This document shows positions 61,753 to 64,000 of a stretch of 64,000 nt of DNA, one piece after another. This DNA comes from Utricularia gibba (Eukaryota > Plantae > Magnoliophyta): the NCBI GenBank assembly GCA_002189035.1, contig NEEC01000019.1, positions 1,922,001-1,986,000 on the forward strand, given 5' to 3'. Below the pieces are notes generated by a model, which was not told the origin of the DNA, searched no databases, and saw only the letters and a program-made list of their open reading frames with translations. The position numbers were made by a program, and so were the translations under genes. Position 1 is the first letter of the stretch; every line of letters starts with the position of its first letter.

Positions 61753-64000
61753 ATGGAGAGGCTGGATGAGTGTGAAAATACCGATCTAAAATTTGTTCGT
61801 AACATATGCATCCTTGCTCATGTTGATCATGGCAAGACTACTCTTGCTGACCATCTAATTGCTTCCTATGGAGGGGGCGTGCTCCATCCAAAGCAAGCTG
61901 GTAAGCTCAGGTTCATGGACTACTTGGATGAGGAGCAGAGGCGTGCCATAACGATGAAGAGCTCATCCATTGCTCTTCAATTCAGAGACCATTTTGTAAA
62001 TTTAATTGATTCTCCAGGACACATGGATTTCTGTAGCGAGGTTTCCACTGCTGCACGCGTGAGCGATGGTGCACTGGTTTTGGTGGATGCTGTTGAGGGT
62101 GTTCATATCCAGACGCATGCTGTTATGCGTCAAGCGTGGATTGAGAAACTGACCCCTTGTTTAGTATTGAATAAGATTGATAGACTGATTTCCGAGTTAA
62201 GATTGACTCCTATGGAAGCTTATAATCGATTATTAAGGATAATCCATGAGGTTAATGGGATAGTGAGTGCCTACAAGTCTGAGAAATACTTATCTGATGT
62301 AGATTCAATTCTTTTCGTTACTCCATCCAGTGAAGGTGAAATTAATTACGAGCTCATTGAGGATGATGAGGAGGATACTTTTCAACCTCAAAAAGGAAAT
62401 GTGGTCTTTGCTTGTGCCCTAGATGGATGGGGGTTTGGGATATGTGACTTTGCTGATCTTTATGCATCTAAGCTTGGAGCTAGCACAACAGCGTTGCAGA
62501 AGGCACTTTGGGGGCCTAGATATTACATCGCAAAGACTAAAACAATTGTTGGCAAGAAAGGAGTTAGCAATATTGCAAAGGCAAAGCCTATGTTCGTGCA
62601 ATTTGTTTTGGACCCACTTTGGCAGGTTTTTCATGCTACTTTGGAACCTGATGGTGATAGGGGATTACTTGAAAAACTTATCAAATCCTTTGGTTTATCT
62701 GTACCATCTCGTGATCTTCAAAATAAAGATCCAAAAGCTGTACTGCAGGCTGTCCTGAGTCGTTGGCTTCCTTTATCAGATGCAATATTGTCTATGGTTG
62801 TCAAGTGCATGCCTGACCCTGTGGCAGCTCAATCTTTCCGCATTCAGAGGTTGCTGCCAAAACAAGATATCGATAAAAATGGGGAAAGCAGTAATATTCT
62901 TGATGAAGCCAATTCTACTAGAAAATCTGTTGAGGCTTGTGATTGCAGCCCTTCTGCGCCATGCATTGCATTTGTCTCTAAAATGTTTGCGCTTCCAATA
63001 TCAATGCTTCCTCGTGGAGAGGTTTTGGACACTATGACTGATGATAGCGCATCAGGCGAGTTCTTTCTTGCATTTGCCAGGGTTTTTAGCGGGGTGTTCA
63101 CTAAAGGCCAGAGAGTTTTTGTGCTTTCTTCATTGTATGATCCACTTAAGGTGGGTTCAAATCAGAAGCATATTCAAGAAGCTGAGTTGCAAGGCTTATA
63201 TCTCATGATGGGTCAAGGACTCAAGCCCATTGCTTCTGCAAAGGCAGGCAGCATTGTTGCCATACGAGGTCTTGGGCAGCACATATTGAAGAGCGCCACT
63301 CTTTCGTCGACAGTTAATGCATGGCCTTTCTCAAGCATGGTTTTCCAAGTTTCACCTACACTGAGAGTGGCAATAGAGCCATCTGATCCTGGGGACATTA
63401 GTGCGCTTAGCAAAGGACTGCGGCTCTTAAATCGTGCTGACCCATTTGTGGAGGTCACGGTTTCTGCAAGGGGCGAGCATGTTCTTGCAGCAGCTGGAGA
63501 AGTTCACCTGGAGAGATGCATAAAAGATTTGAAGGAGAGGTTTGCAAAAGTTAGTTTAGAAGTCTCTCCTCCTCTTGTTTCTTACAAAGAGACAATTCAG
63601 GGTGATGCTGCATATCCTTGGGAAAATCACAAGCTGTTAACTTGCACCTCTGACTTCGTGGAAAGGACAACGCCCAATGGGCGAGGTGTTGTTCGTGTGC
63701 AGGTTCTTAAACTTCCCAATCCTCTCACGGAGCTTCTTGATAAAAGTTCTGAATTACTTGGAGAATTAATCAGAGGAAACTCTAAACAGACCGATAAAAT
63801 CCTAGGAACATCAGTAAGCAGTTCAGAGGATGGTAACCTAACTGAGACACTGAAGGAGAAAATGGTCGAGGCAGTGGAAAATGATATTTCAGCTAGAGTA
63901 AATGAGGTCGGAGGTGATAAGATTGAGAAGTATAGAAAGGAGTGGAGTAATATTTTCAGGAGAATATGGGCACTTGGTCCGAGTGAAGTTGGCCCCAATA
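61753..64000 (+). CDS. EFL1: Elongation factor-like GTPase 1 (EFL1/RIA1), intronless, runs off the right edge
   Basis: Open frame from ATG 61753 to the window end, which is why it is missing from the ORF track. RNICILAHVDHGKTT, DEEQRRAITMKSS, NLIDSPGHMDF, NKID, VAIEPSDP, AAGEVHLERCIKDL, IWALGP. Confidence 0.95.
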   Translation, partial: MERLDECENTDLKFVRNICILAHVDHGKTTLADHLIASYGGGVLHPKQAGKLRFMDYLDEEQRRAITMKSSSIALQFRDHFVNLIDSPGHMDFCSEVSTAARVSDGALVLVDAVEGVHIQTHAVMRQAWIEKLTPCLVLNKIDRLISELRLTPMEAYNRLLRIIHEVNGIVSAYKSEKYLSDVDSILFVTPSSEGEINYELIEDDEEDTFQPQKGNVVFACALDGWGFGICDFADLYASKLGASTTALQKALWGPRYYIAKTKTIVGKKGVSNIAKAKPMFVQFVLDPLWQVFHATLEPDGDRGLLEKLIKSFGLSVPSRDLQNKDPKAVLQAVLSRWLPLSDAILSMVVKCMPDPVAAQSFRIQRLLPKQDIDKNGESSNILDEANSTRKSVEACDCSPSAPCIAFVSKMFALPISMLPRGEVLDTMTDDSASGEFFLAFARVFSGVFTKGQRVFVLSSLYDPLKVGSNQKHIQEAELQGLYLMMGQGLKPIASAKAGSIVAIRGLGQHILKSATLSSTVNAWPFSSMVFQVSPTLRVAIEPSDPGDISALSKGLRLLNRADPFVEVTVSARGEHVLAAAGEVHLERCIKDLKERFAKVSLEVSPPLVSYKETIQGDAAYPWENHKLLTCTSDFVERTTPNGRGVVRVQVLKLPNPLTELLDKSSELLGELIRGNSKQTDKILGTSVSSSEDGNLTETLKEKMVEAVENDISARVNEVGGDKIEKYRKEWSNIFRRIWALGPSEVGPN

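Overview
Gene-dense nuclear DNA from a flowering plant (eudicot-like; PPO genes are present, so probably not Brassicaceae). I count 20 protein-coding loci in 64 kb, about one per 3.2 kb, with short introns and AT-rich spacers. I found no recognisable rRNA, tRNA, CRISPR array or transposase/LTR ORF. Gene order: ZEP(-, partial), PI-PLC-X(+), MAIL2(+), OTU7(+), AP2(-, miR172 site), a tandem PPO pair(+), acyl-protein thioesterase(+), CHX(+), TRAP-beta(+), BCKDH E1-alpha(+), FTSHI4(+), At5g39570-like(+), ERD7-like(+), PAT10(+), SpoU methylase(-), O-fucosyltransferase(-), DiT2-like(+), alpha/beta hydrolase(-), EFL1(+, partial). Main caveat: five clear frameshifts (PPO1 x3, FTSHI4, DiT2-like) and one probable one (SpoU) are all single-base losses in homopolymer runs. 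This points to long-read assembly error rather than real pseudogenes. I did not find a convincing wholly new multi-gene system. The best leads are: a CHX whose charged transport core is replaced by uncharged residues; a DiT2-type transporter with a very short N-terminus; PPO paralogues that differ at an active-site controller residue and in their promoters; a possible OFUT-SpoU read-through unit; four GC-AG introns; and several UTR-level regulatory features. Family assignments come from recalled motifs, not database searches.
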